Of a DNA stretch of 64,000 nucleotides, positions 40,042 to 51,695 are shown piece by piece. Origin of the DNA: an uncultured bacterium (lineage in GTDB: Bacteria; Krumholzibacteriota; Krumholzibacteriia; LZORAL124-64-63); contig CAVSZB010000007.1 in assembly GCA_963732385.1 (NCBI GenBank), positions 256,001 through 320,000 of the forward strand. Direction: 5' to 3'. The notes under the pieces were generated by a model. The model made no database searches. It worked only from the letters and a program-made list of their open reading frames with translations, and was not told the origin of the DNA. The first letter of the stretch is position 1. Each line of letters starts with the position of its first letter. The translations under genes were made by a program, and so were the position numbers.

Positions 40042-41361
40042 TCAGGACTCATCGTAGTATTCACGCCCGAGGTGGGTGATCTGCTCCTCGCCCATCATCC
40101 AGCGCAGCGTGTTCTTCAGCTTGGTCTGCTGGATGAAGAGGTCGTGCTCGGGACGGAGGTTGTCCGGCACCACCGGGCTCTTGAAGAAGAACGACAGCCA
40201 CTCCTGGATGCCCGACATGCCGGCACGCTTCGCCAGGTCGAGGTACAGGGCGAGGTCGAGCACGATCGGGGCCGCAAGGATGGAGTCGCGGCACAGGAAG
40301 TCGACCTTGATCTGCATCGGCATCCCCATCCAGCCGAAGATATCGATGTTGTCCCACCCCTCCTTGTTGTCGCCGCGCGGAGGGTAATAGTTGATCCGCA
40401 CCTTGTGGAACAGGTTGCCGTAGAGGTCCGGATACAACTCCGGCTGCAGGATCGAATCCAGCACGCCCAGCTTCGACTCTTCCTTGGTCTTGAACGATTC
40501 CGGATCGTCGAGCACCTCGCCGTCGCGGTTGCCCAGGATGTTCGTCGAGAACCAGCCGCTGACCCCCAGCAGGCGTGCCTTGAAGCCGGGCGCCAGAACG
40601 GTTTTCAGCAGGGTCTGGCCGGTTTTGAAGTCCTTGCCGCAGATTGGGGCACCCTCCCGCTTGGCCAACTCCTCGATCGCCGGGAAGTCGCCGCTGAGGT
40701 TCGGCGCGCCGTTCGCGTAAGGGATGCCGAGCCGTGCCGCAGCGTAAGCGTAGATCATGCTCGGAGCGATGTCCGGATTGTTCTCGGTCAGCCCCTTCTC
40801 GAAGGCGGCGAGGCTCTCGTGCACTGCCGTGCGCCTGAGGAAGATCTCGGTCGATCCGCACCACACCATGACGATGCGGTCGCAGCCGTTCGCCTTTTTG
40901 AATTCCTCGATATCGCGCATGATGGCCTCGGCCAGCGCCATCTTGTTGCGCCCCTTCTTCACGTTCGTACCGTCGAGCTTCTTCACATAGTAGTTGTCGA
41001 ACACGGCCGGCATGGGGCGGATCTCGCTCAGGAACGGGCGCAGGTCCTCCAGCACGTGGCGTTCGAGCACGCCCGCCTTGACGGCGGCGTCGTAAGCGGT
41101 GTCGGTGAAGATGTCCCATCCGCCGAACACGATGTCATTCAGGTCCGTCAGAGGAACGAAGTTGCGCACCAGCGGCTGGCGATTGTCGGTGCGCTTGCCG
41201 AGTCGGATGTGTCCCATCTGGGTCATGCTGCCGATGGGGAGTCGCATGCCGCGGCGTACAGCCTCCACGCCGCTCATGAACGTGGTGGAGACGGCGCCCA
41301 TGCCGGGCGTCAGGATGCCCAGCTTGCCCTGAGCCGGTTTGATCGTAAGGCCTGCTGCCAT
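40042..41361 (-). CDS. ino1: Myo-inositol-1-phosphate synthase
   Basis: GKDFKTGQT, NILGNRDG, GDNKEGWD, CRDSILAAP. Confidence 0.93.
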   Translation of the reverse strand: MAAGLTIKPAQGKLGILTPGMGAVSTTFMSGVEAVRRGMRLPIGSMTQMGHIRLGKRTDNRQPLVRNFVPLTDLNDIVFGGWDIFTDTAYDAAVKAGVLERHVLEDLRPFLSEIRPMPAVFDNYYVKKLDGTNVKKGRNKMALAEAIMRDIEEFKKANGCDRIVMVWCGSTEIFLRRTAVHESLAAFEKGLTENNPDIAPSMIYAYAAARLGIPYANGAPNLSGDFPAIEELAKREGAPICGKDFKTGQTLLKTVLAPGFKARLLGVSGWFSTNILGNRDGEVLDDPESFKTKEESKLGVLDSILQPELYPDLYGNLFHKVRINYYPPRGDNKEGWDNIDIFGWMGMPMQIKVDFLCRDSILAAPIVLDLALYLDLAKRAGMSGIQEWLSFFFKSPVVPDNLRPEHDLFIQQTKLKNTLRWMMGEEQITHLGREYYDES

Positions 41362-41406
41362 GAAAAGAAGCTCCTCTCTGGTCCGGAAATCCCGCGGCCG
41401 GGCGCT

Positions 41407-41435
41407 AGGATAGGGCCGGTCCCCAGGCAAGGCAA
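41407..41435 (-). promoter_or_regulatory. sigma70-type promoter of ino1
   Basis: TTGCCT-N17-TATCCT on the minus strand. Confidence 0.5.
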
Positions 41436-41591
41436 AGGAATCTTCTCCCCCCTGCTTCCGGTTTTGCATTCCGTTTTTGACCTCATGTGATATTGGCTGG
41501 CGCAAGGCCCCCTGCATATGTTAGAATTCATAACGCCGGGGGGACCCACGCAGCCCAGGGGGAGGGCCACACTTAGTTCCGGGAGGATTCC

Positions 41592-42692
41592 ATGGCGAAG
41601 ACGATCCGGCCGGTGCCGTTCCTCGACCTGCGTGCGCAGATCCGCCCCCTGCGGGCCGAATTCGATGCTGCAATGGCTTCAGTAGTCGATCAGACCGCCT
41701 TCATTCTCAGTGATCACCTGACCGCGTTCGAACGGGATTTCGCCGCCTTCTGCGAGGTGAAGCACTGCATCGGGGTCGATTCGGGAACCCAGGCGTTGCA
41801 TCTGATCCTGCGGACCCTCGGGGTGGGACCGGGCGATGAAGTCATCACTGTTCCCAACACGTTCATCGCCACCCTGGAAGCGATCCACTACACCGGGGCG
41901 CGCCCGGTGCTTGTGGATGTCGATCCGGACACCTGGCTGATGGATCCGCTCGCGGTCGCGCGTGCGGTCGGGCCCCGAACCAGGGCCATCCTTCCGGTGC
42001 ATCTCTTCGGGCACCCCGCGCCGATGGCCGAACTGAGGGCGCTGGCGGACCAGGCCGGCGTGGCGCTCGTGGAAGATGCCTGCCAGGCCCATGGAGCTCG
42101 TTACCAGGGGCGGCGCACCGGTAGTCTGGGCCGGGCCGCGGGATTCAGCTTCTATCCGGGCAAGAACCTTGGCGCTTTCGGCGACGGCGGCGCGATCGTC
42201 ACCGACGACGATGCGCTGGCGGCGCTTTGCCGCAGCCTGCGCCATCACGGTCAGGGCGCGAAAAATATTCACGATCATGTCGGCTACACCGGCCGGCTCG
42301 ATTCTCTGCAGGCGGCGGTGCTGTCCGTCAAACTGCCGCACCTCGACACCTGGAACTCTGCGCGCCGGGCCCATGCCGCGCACTACCGTCGTCGTCTGGA
42401 GGGCGCCTACCGGATGCCCCAGGTGCTCGGGGGCGGCGAAGCGGTTCACCACCTCCTGCCGATCTGCACCCCGGAGCCGGACCAGCTCATGGCTAGCCTG
42501 CAGGAGGGCGGGATCGCCTGCGGCCGGCACTATCCGATTCCGGTGCATCTTCAGCCGGCGTTCGCGTTTCTCGGCCACCAGGCAGGGGCTTTCCCGGTGG
42601 CCGAAGAGATCTGCGCAGGCCTTATTTCCCTGCCGATGTATGCGGAAATGACCGAGGATATGGTGGACACGGTCTGTGATGTTCTGCTATAA
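41592..42692 (+). CDS. DegT/DnrJ/EryC1/StrS sugar aminotransferase
   Basis: EDACQAHGA, FSFYPGKNLGAFGDGG. Confidence 0.93.
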   Translation: MAKTIRPVPFLDLRAQIRPLRAEFDAAMASVVDQTAFILSDHLTAFERDFAAFCEVKHCIGVDSGTQALHLILRTLGVGPGDEVITVPNTFIATLEAIHYTGARPVLVDVDPDTWLMDPLAVARAVGPRTRAILPVHLFGHPAPMAELRALADQAGVALVEDACQAHGARYQGRRTGSLGRAAGFSFYPGKNLGAFGDGGAIVTDDDALAALCRSLRHHGQGAKNIHDHVGYTGRLDSLQAAVLSVKLPHLDTWNSARRAHAAHYRRRLEGAYRMPQVLGGGEAVHHLLPICTPEPDQLMASLQEGGIACGRHYPIPVHLQPAFAFLGHQAGAFPVAEEICAGLISLPMYAEMTEDMVDTVCDVLL

Positions 42693-42833
42693 TCGATCCA
42701 TCGGCACAAATCAGCCTGCCGGCCGATGGCAGAATGGACGACGAGGGGAGCCGCATGCCAGGTTGTTAACGCGTTAATCCTAACGGACATCAGCTTCTTC
42801 GACTCCTGCTGCATCGCAGGGAGGGAGAGCATC

Positions 42834-43565
42834 ATGAAGGATGACGCGGCGGCTCTGACCTGCGTGGTCGAGAGACCTCTGCCTGTGACTCCCACATTGT
42901 GGATCCCCGTCGATGCCGGGCGCATTTGCGGCTGGCAGGGGGCGGTGAAGCGGGCCGTAGACCTTCTCGCCGGCCTGGCTGCACTGGCGCTCACCTCGCC
43001 GCTTTTTTTCACGCTCGCGGTGATCATCAAGCGATCGAGTCCGGGGCCTGTCTTCTATGTCCAGGAGCGGATGGGCAAGGACGGGCGGCCGTTCCGGTTC
43101 TTCAAATTCCGCACCATGCGGCATCAGAGCGATGATGCCATCCACCGTCAGTTCGCCGCCATGTTCATCAACGGCGATGCCCGCGGCTGCCGCGCGAACA
43201 AGGGCGCAAAGGTCTACAAGCTGACCGACGACCCTCGTGTCACGATGATCGGTCGCTGGCTGCGCAAGACCTCTCTGGACGAACTGCCGCAGCTGTTCAA
43301 TATCATCCGCGGCGAGATGTCTTTCGTGGGACCACGCCCGCCGATCGCCTACGAGACCGAGCACTACCAGTCGTGGCATTACGAGCGGCTGAAGGTCACG
43401 CCGGGCCTGACCGGGCTGTGGCAGGTCAGCGGTCGCAGCAATGTGCCGTTCGACGAGATGGTGCGGCTCGACCTTCACTATATCAACAACTGGTCTCTTG
43501 CCATGGACCTGCGGATCGTTGCCAGGACGCTGCCGGTGGTCCTTCAGGGGACGGGCGGCTACTAG
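42834..43565 (+). CDS. Monotopic phosphoglycosyl transferase (sugar transferase)
   Basis: [33 protein letters not shown]. Confidence 0.92.
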   Translation: MKDDAAALTCVVERPLPVTPTLWIPVDAGRICGWQGAVKRAVDLLAGLAALALTSPLFFTLAVIIKRSSPGPVFYVQERMGKDGRPFRFFKFRTMRHQSDDAIHRQFAAMFINGDARGCRANKGAKVYKLTDDPRVTMIGRWLRKTSLDELPQLFNIIRGEMSFVGPRPPIAYETEHYQSWHYERLKVTPGLTGLWQVSGRSNVPFDEMVRLDLHYINNWSLAMDLRIVARTLPVVLQGTGGY

Positions 43566-43700
43566 CTAGAGCGACATCGAATCTCAAGTATCACCCCCTG
43601 ACGCGCGATATATCGGTGCAGATCGCCCGCGTCTGGCGCCGACCGGCGTAGTCCCGTGCCTGTCTGCCGAACCAGGTGCTTCGAATCGAGGAGGCTGGCA

Positions 43701-44717
43701 ATGATCCGGATGGCCGTGATTGGCTGTGGCTACTGGGGTCCCAATCTGATCCGCAATTTCCACAATGTTGCGGATTGTGAGCTGCGGATGATCACGGATC
43801 TCGATTCGAAGCGGCTCGCTCATGTGGGCAAGCAGTTCCCGCAGGCGCACAAGACGCTCGACTACCGCGATCTGCTGCGCGATCCGGAGATCGACGCCAT
43901 CGCCGTCGCAACGTCGGTTTCCACGCACTATCAGCTCGGGCGGGAGGTCCTCGAGGCGGGCAAACACCTCTTCATCGAGAAACCGATGTGCGCGAGCGCG
44001 GATGACTGCCGGCGGCTGATCGATCTCGCCGCCGCCCGCCACCTGCAGATCATGGTCGGGCACACCTTCCTCTTCACGCCCGCGGTCCGCAAGATCCGCG
44101 AGCTGATGCACACCGGCGAACTCGGGGACATCTACTATGTCAACATCACCCGCGTGAACCTCGGACTCTTCCAGCCCGACATCAACGTGGTCTGGGATCT
44201 CGCGCCGCATGATATCGCCATGCTGAACCATCTGTTCGGGGCCGGACCGCGGGTCGTCAGCGCCACCGGGCGGTCGTATGTGCGGCCGGGCATCGAGGAT
44301 GTGGCGTTCCTGACGCTGGAATACCCCGGGAACCAGATCGCCCACATCCATGTGAGCTGGCTCGACCCGAACAAGATCCGCCAGGCGACGTTCGTCGGCA
44401 GTCGCAAGATGCTCGTGTATGACGACGTGTCGAGTCTGGAGAAGATCAGGGTCTATGACAAGGGCGTGGAGAAACTGGCGCATTACGACAGCTTCGGCGA
44501 GTTCCAGTTGTCATACCGCTACGGCGATATCGTGATCCCCAGGATCGACCAGATCGAGCCTCTCAAGGTGGAGGCGGCCCACTTCATCAACTGTCTGCAG
44601 GGGACGGAAACGCCTTTGAGCGACGGCGCGAGCGGTCTGCAGGTGGTCGAGGTGCTCGAGAAGGCGTGCGAATCGATCCGTGGCGAAGGGAAGCCGGTCC
44701 TCTGCGGTCCCGCCTGA
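43701..44717 (+). CDS. Gfo/Idh/MocA NDP-sugar oxidoreductase
   Basis: GCGYWGPNL, IEKPM, WDLAPHD. Confidence 0.9.
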   Translation: MIRMAVIGCGYWGPNLIRNFHNVADCELRMITDLDSKRLAHVGKQFPQAHKTLDYRDLLRDPEIDAIAVATSVSTHYQLGREVLEAGKHLFIEKPMCASADDCRRLIDLAAARHLQIMVGHTFLFTPAVRKIRELMHTGELGDIYYVNITRVNLGLFQPDINVVWDLAPHDIAMLNHLFGAGPRVVSATGRSYVRPGIEDVAFLTLEYPGNQIAHIHVSWLDPNKIRQATFVGSRKMLVYDDVSSLEKIRVYDKGVEKLAHYDSFGEFQLSYRYGDIVIPRIDQIEPLKVEAAHFINCLQGTETPLSDGASGLQVVEVLEKACESIRGEGKPVLCGPA

Positions 44718-44817
44718 GCTCCTGGCCGCCCGGCCGCCCGCGCACCGGGGGTCGACAGGCGGACACGGGCGGCTTACGCTCTCCGCGGGCCGGTGGTCGC
44801 TGGCCACGGAGGGTGTT

Positions 44818-45978
44818 GTGAGCGAGTCCCCGTTGCGCGTGGCGATGATCGGCCAGAAGGGCTGGCCGCCGGTCCATGGCGGTATCGAGCGGCACGTGGC
44901 GGAGCTGGCGAAGCGCCTGGCCGCGCGCGGTCACCTGATCGACATCTACAGCCGGCCCCACTACAGCGCGGCGCATGGCGCGGTTGCGCCGGGGGTTCGG
45001 GTGCGCCGGCTGCCGAGCATCCCCACGAAGCACCTCGACGCTATCACGCACACCGCCCTGGCCACGCTCGACGTCCTGACGCGAAGGGTCGACGTGGTGC
45101 ACTACCACGCCCTCGGTCCCGGCCTGCTGGCCGGGTTGCCGCGCTGGCTCGGCCGCCAGGCCACCGTCGTCACCGTGCACGGTCTTGACTGGCAGCGCGA
45201 GAAGTGGGGCCCGGTCGCGCGCGCGGTCCTGCGCGGAGGGGAGCGCGCCTGTGTCCGGCAGCCGCACCGCACGATCGTCGTGTCGCGCGCGCTGCAGGAC
45301 TACTTTCGCCAGCGGTGGGGATGCGAGACCGTGCTGATTCCGAACGGCATCACGCAGCCGGTCTATCGGGCACCCCGTCTGATCCGCGAGCGGGGACTGC
45401 CGGAGCGGTACGTCCTGTTCGTGGGGCGCCTCGTGCCGGAAAAGGGGTGCCATCTGTTGACTGCGGCCTGGGCGCGCCTGCCCGAAGTGGTCCGTGGGGA
45501 CGTGGCGCTGGTAATCGCGGGCGATGCAGGTTTTACGGACGCCTATGTCCGCCGGCTGCGGGCCGAGGCATCGCCGGACACCAGATTTCTCGGCTTTGTG
45601 CACGGGGAGATCCTCGACGAGCTGTACACGAACGCGGAAATCGTCGCGCTGCCGTCGACGCTCGAAGGGCTGTCGATCGCCCTGCTGGAGGGGATGAGCT
45701 ACGGCCGCTGCTGCCTCGTCAGCGACATCCCGCCCAATCAGGAGGCCGCCGGAGGTTGCGCACGGTTGTTCCCCTCCGGCGACGTGGCGGCCCTTGGACG
45801 GGAGCTGGCCGCGCTGCTGGCTGATCCGGGCGGTCGCGAGCGGCTCGGGGCGGCGGCCCAGTTGCACGCCATCGAGCACTACTCCTGGGATCGCGCCGCC
45901 GATCAGACGGAGGCTCTGTATCGCGAACTCGCGGCGTCCCGTGCGGCCGGGACCGGAAGGAAGGGGGGGCGGATCTGA
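44818..45978 (+). CDS. Glycosyltransferase family 4
   Basis: GGIERHV, VGRLVPEKG, EGLSIALLEGM. Confidence 0.9.
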   Translation: MSESPLRVAMIGQKGWPPVHGGIERHVAELAKRLAARGHLIDIYSRPHYSAAHGAVAPGVRVRRLPSIPTKHLDAITHTALATLDVLTRRVDVVHYHALGPGLLAGLPRWLGRQATVVTVHGLDWQREKWGPVARAVLRGGERACVRQPHRTIVVSRALQDYFRQRWGCETVLIPNGITQPVYRAPRLIRERGLPERYVLFVGRLVPEKGCHLLTAAWARLPEVVRGDVALVIAGDAGFTDAYVRRLRAEASPDTRFLGFVHGEILDELYTNAEIVALPSTLEGLSIALLEGMSYGRCCLVSDIPPNQEAAGGCARLFPSGDVAALGRELAALLADPGGRERLGAAAQLHAIEHYSWDRAADQTEALYRELAASRAAGTGRKGGRI

Positions 45979-46535
45979 TGCGTGTTTTCGCGCGGGTGAT
46001 GATCATCGTGCTGAGTGTTTTGTCTCTGGCGGAGGCCGGGTGCAGCAAGCGGGCCTGGGTGGCTGGCCATGGTGCCTCCGCCGTGTATGGCGAGGCTAGG
46101 GATCCAGCCTCGACAATGCCCGCGCCCGCCGCGACCCCGCTCGCCCCGGCTGCGCCGCGGGAAGCGCCGATCGATCCGGTGGCGGAGGGGGGGGCCGCCT
46201 TGCCGGCGCCGGGCGCCCAGGTGGCGGAGCAGTTGCCGTGGCAGGAGGTCGAGTCGCCGGGGATGTCCGGCGCCGACGACGGTGCGTGCTCGGGCGCCCC
46301 GTGCCACTGGGTGCAGATCGCCGCGCCGGTGGACAGTTTCGGCTGCGCCGCCCTGCTGCGGCAAGCCGGCGCGGTGTTGACGGCTGCAGCCATGCCGACC
46401 GGCACTTCCGTGCGACAAGAGGGAGGGCTGTGGAAAGTTCAACTCGGCCCATTTTCCCGCTGGGAGGAGGCGGAGTCGGCGCGGGATCGCCTGCGCGCCG
46501 CCGGCTTCGTCGCGGCCTGGCTGGTTCGGCGCTGA
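45978..46535 (+). CDS. SPOR-domain protein
   Basis: Signal peptide, Pro/Ala linker, WVQIAA...WKVQLGPF...A...RDRL...GF..AWLV. Confidence 0.75.
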   Translation: MRVFARVMIIVLSVLSLAEAGCSKRAWVAGHGASAVYGEARDPASTMPAPAATPLAPAAPREAPIDPVAEGGAALPAPGAQVAEQLPWQEVESPGMSGADDGACSGAPCHWVQIAAPVDSFGCAALLRQAGAVLTAAAMPTGTSVRQEGGLWKVQLGPFSRWEEAESARDRLRAAGFVAAWLVRR

Positions 46536-46595
46536 GCGGTCGTTTGGGAGTTGACAGACCGGGCTGACGGACTTTATTGTATCGCCACGTCCGAT

Positions 46596-46671
46596 GCGGG
46601 CATAGCTCAGTTGGTAGAGCACTACCTTGCCAAGGTAGTGGTCGCGAGTTCGAGTCTCGTTGCCCGCTCCA
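46596..46671 (+). tRNA. tRNA-Gly(GCC)
   Basis: Cloverleaf; anticodon arm CTACC-TTGCCAA-GGTAG; CCA encoded. Confidence 0.97.
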
Positions 46672-46821
46672 ATGCGCAGATCGGGGGTCGCTGCGAGGCG
46701 GCCCCCGATCGCTTTCCCGGGCCTTTCTGACGGCGCCGGATGCAGCGCGTCGCCGACATGGCCGCTGAATCTTGACAGCGTCGGCGAGTGCGGTCATTCT
46801 TATCTGTGCGATCCTCAGGGA

Positions 46822-46896
46822 GGCGGCATAGCCAAGTGGTAAGGCGATGGTCTGCAAAACCATTATTCCCCGGTTCAAGTCCGGGTGCCGCCTCCA
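46822..46896 (+). tRNA. tRNA-Cys(GCA)
   Basis: ATGGT-CTGCAAA-ACCAT; CCA encoded. Confidence 0.97.
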
Positions 46897-46983
46897 GCCT
46901 CCCCCATCCAGCCGCTGCTCTGCGACCTGCCGAAGCGGGCGCTGACCGTTGACAGGTCGCTGTCAGCGCCGCATCATGCCGCC

Positions 46984-47068
46984 GCCGGGGTGGCGAAACT
47001 GGTAGACGCAAGGGACTTAAAATCCCTCGGAGCGTTGCTCCTTGCCGGTTCGAATCCGGTCCCCGGCA
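46984..47068 (+). tRNA. tRNA-Leu(TAA)
   Basis: AGGGA-CTTAAAA-TCCCT, long variable arm; CCA not encoded. Confidence 0.96.
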
Positions 47069-47130
47069 CATCCATCCAGGCCGCCTTCTGCAGAGGCGAT
47101 CAGGGGGTCTGACCGCCGCGAAGGAGATTC

Positions 47131-48282
47131 GTGCGTCTCGCCTTCTTGTCCATCGGTCGCCACATCCACACGGAGCGTTGGATCCGCTGGTTCGCTGCCG
47201 AGGGGCACGAGTGCCACCTGCTGACCGTGCAGCCGGGGCCGCTGCCGGATGTCACGGTGCACGATATTCGCGCGGGGGTGGGGCCGAAGCCGCTGCGGTA
47301 CGCGCGCTCCCTCGGCGTCGTGCGCCGGCTGCTGGGCGAACTGCGGCCCGACCTGCTGAACACACACTTTCTCACCGGCTACGGGTACTGGGGACACTTC
47401 AGCGGTTTTCATCCCAACGTGCTGACGGTCTGGGGAGACGATGTCTATGTGACGCCTCAGGAATCGCTCCTCAAGGGCTGGCTGGCGCGACGCGCGCTGC
47501 GCGGTTGTGATGCGCTGACCGGCGATTCGGTCGATATCCTGGAGGCGGCCTGCCGGCTCGGCGCCGATCCGGGCCGCGCTTTTCGGGTCTTGTGGGGGGT
47601 CGATTTCGCGCGCTTCCGCCCGGCGGACGCCGGTGCGTGGCGCCGCTCGCACGGTTTCACGGACGATGATCTGCTTTTCTTTTCGCCGCGCAGTTTCACG
47701 CAGCCGTACTACAACATCGACACTGTCATCGCGGCGGCGGCGCGCGTGCGGGCGCGCGAGCCGCGCGCCCGCTTCCTCTTTGCTGGCTACGAAGGGGACC
47801 CGGAGCCGTTCTGGCGGCTCGCGCGGGCCGCGGGAATCGGTGAGGTGGCGCACTTTCTCGGTCGCCTGGACCACGAGCAGTTCGCGGTGGCGCTGCAGGC
47901 GTGCGATGTCTTCATCTCCGTGCCGTCCGTCGATGCTACGGCGGTCAGTCTCCTGGAGGCGATGGCGTGCGGCTGTGCGATCGTGGTGTCGCGGCTCGCC
48001 TCGTCACTGGAGTGGATCGCGGAGGGGACGACGGGGTTGACGGTGCCGCCGCGTGATGCCGAGGCGCTCGCGGACGCCATGCTGCGGCTGGCGCGCGACC
48101 CTGCGCTGCGGCGCGTCTGCGGCGAGGGGGCGCTTGCGGTGGCGCGCCGTGAAGCCGGCTTTGCGGCGAACATGACGCACGTCGACGCTCTGTTTAGAGC
48201 CCTGACCGGGGGCGGAGAGGTCTGGCCGACGACGGTGCGGCTGGCCGAACTGCAGGGTGGTCACGCAGGGGGCCCGGCGTGA
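47131..48282 (+). CDS. Glycosyltransferase family 4
   Basis: HTERW, VWGDD, SLLEAMACG. Confidence 0.88.
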   Translation: MRLAFLSIGRHIHTERWIRWFAAEGHECHLLTVQPGPLPDVTVHDIRAGVGPKPLRYARSLGVVRRLLGELRPDLLNTHFLTGYGYWGHFSGFHPNVLTVWGDDVYVTPQESLLKGWLARRALRGCDALTGDSVDILEAACRLGADPGRAFRVLWGVDFARFRPADAGAWRRSHGFTDDDLLFFSPRSFTQPYYNIDTVIAAAARVRAREPRARFLFAGYEGDPEPFWRLARAAGIGEVAHFLGRLDHEQFAVALQACDVFISVPSVDATAVSLLEAMACGCAIVVSRLASSLEWIAEGTTGLTVPPRDAEALADAMLRLARDPALRRVCGEGALAVARREAGFAANMTHVDALFRALTGGGEVWPTTVRLAELQGGHAGGPA

Positions 48283-49235
48283 TCCTCTCGGTCGTCATCC
48301 CCACCCGCGACAAGGGGTCTCTGCTCGCCCGGACCCTGAAGGCGCTCGGTACGCAGCGGCTGGAAGAGCCGTGGGAGATCATCATTGTCGATGACGCGTC
48401 GAGCGATTGTACGCCGGCCCTGCTGGCCACGTCCTCTGCGGCGGTGGAGGGTCTGAGGGTCGTCTCCTGCGCCCGCAACGTGGGGCGCTCTGCAGCCCGG
48501 AATCTGGGCTGGCGCGCGGCCGTTGGCCACTGGGTGCTGTTCCTCGACGACGACATCGTGGCGCCACCGGGACTGCTCGCCGCGCATCTGGCCCGGTTGC
48601 GCGAGCGGAGCGGGTGCGGCACGATCGGGCGGGTCGTGACCGATCCGGCCCTCGTCGATGGCCCGCTGTTTCACTATCTGGACAGCCGGGGCGTGGCGAA
48701 AGTCGGCGGCGGGGAAGTCCCCGCGCGGTACTTCGTGACGCAGAACGCCGCCGTGCCGCGCGAGGCGCTGGTGGCGGTCGGCGGTTTCGACGAGCGCTTC
48801 CACGCCTGGGGATTCGAGGACATGGAATTGGCTTTCCGACTCGAGGATCGGTTGGGGATGCGATTCCTGGCGGTGACCGCGCCGACGCCGGTGCATGTGC
48901 ACCATCACACCCTGCCTGAATGGCTGGCCAAGAAGCGGGAGTGCGGGGCGCTTTCGCTACCGCTGTTGGCTGAACTGCACCCGGGGCGGCTGCGTGAGAT
49001 GCGGTTGCACTGGGTGATTGACCGACCGGACGCAGCGGCGCGACCGGGGCCGGCCGCCCTGCTGCGGGCCGGGACGCGCGGGCCGGCGCTTCGCCTGCTC
49101 GCCGCGATCGCAGACGGATGGCCCACGGGGATGGAGCACTATCCGATCGCAGCTAAATTGTACGCCAGATTGCTGGACCTGCTGGTCATGCTGACTTACC
49201 GACAGGGGCTCGTGTCAGGGCGCCACCTGACATGA
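48279..49235 (+). CDS. Glycosyltransferase family 2
   Basis: SVVIPT, VDDAS.D, FLDDD, GGFDERF..WG.ED. Confidence 0.9.
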   Translation: MILSVVIPTRDKGSLLARTLKALGTQRLEEPWEIIIVDDASSDCTPALLATSSAAVEGLRVVSCARNVGRSAARNLGWRAAVGHWVLFLDDDIVAPPGLLAAHLARLRERSGCGTIGRVVTDPALVDGPLFHYLDSRGVAKVGGGEVPARYFVTQNAAVPREALVAVGGFDERFHAWGFEDMELAFRLEDRLGMRFLAVTAPTPVHVHHHTLPEWLAKKRECGALSLPLLAELHPGRLREMRLHWVIDRPDAAARPGPAALLRAGTRGPALRLLAAIADGWPTGMEHYPIAAKLYARLLDLLVMLTYRQGLVSGRHLT

Positions 49236-49361
49236 CATTACGGCCTATTTATTATGCCAATATGTCACGTCCCGGCGCGCGGTTTGATCCGGACTAGCGG
49301 AAGTTTTGCCAAGCCGCCCTTCAACATGTGTTCTTTCAGTGACTTAGACTGAATCTGCTAA

Positions 49362-51377
<2,016 letters not shown>

Positions 51378-51484
51378 CCCTGTAAGAGGTTATCCAGACC
51401 GGACATAGGGATTCTATTGCTCATCGGGGGCCAGCGTCGACCCACGCTGGGTAGGACGGCGCCAAAATAAGACAAAAAAAGTCT

Positions 51485-51564
51485 TTGACAGCAGGGGCGG
51501 CGACCGATAATATCACCATCAGTTTCAAGATTCGCTGGACCTGCGGGGCGGATCGATGCATAAT
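51485..51564 (+). promoter_or_regulatory. Tandem sigma70-type promoters of the sigma gene
   Basis: TTGACA-N17-TAATAT and TGGACC-N17-CATAAT. Confidence 0.55.
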
Positions 51565-51695
51565 GACTCCGAAGTAGACGAAATTAGTCTGGAACTCGGG
51601 CCGCCCTTCAGAGTAGAAACCGCACGATAGTCGAAATGAAACTACGTCGCGCCGCCTTTGTGGAGATGGCGCGGTCATAAAGGGAAGGGGACGAT

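Noticed and set aside
46596..47130. Integrated island at the tRNA genes
   Set aside because: No integrase, no duplicated tRNA 3' end seen, and no obvious compositional shift.
49235..49262. dif site (TTATGCCAATA resembles a XerD arm)
   Set aside because: No XerC arm; better explained as the dnaK activator motif.
49334..49361. CIRCE element before dnaK
   Set aside because: Only TGCTAA matches; there is no TTAGCACTC arm at the 9-nt spacing.
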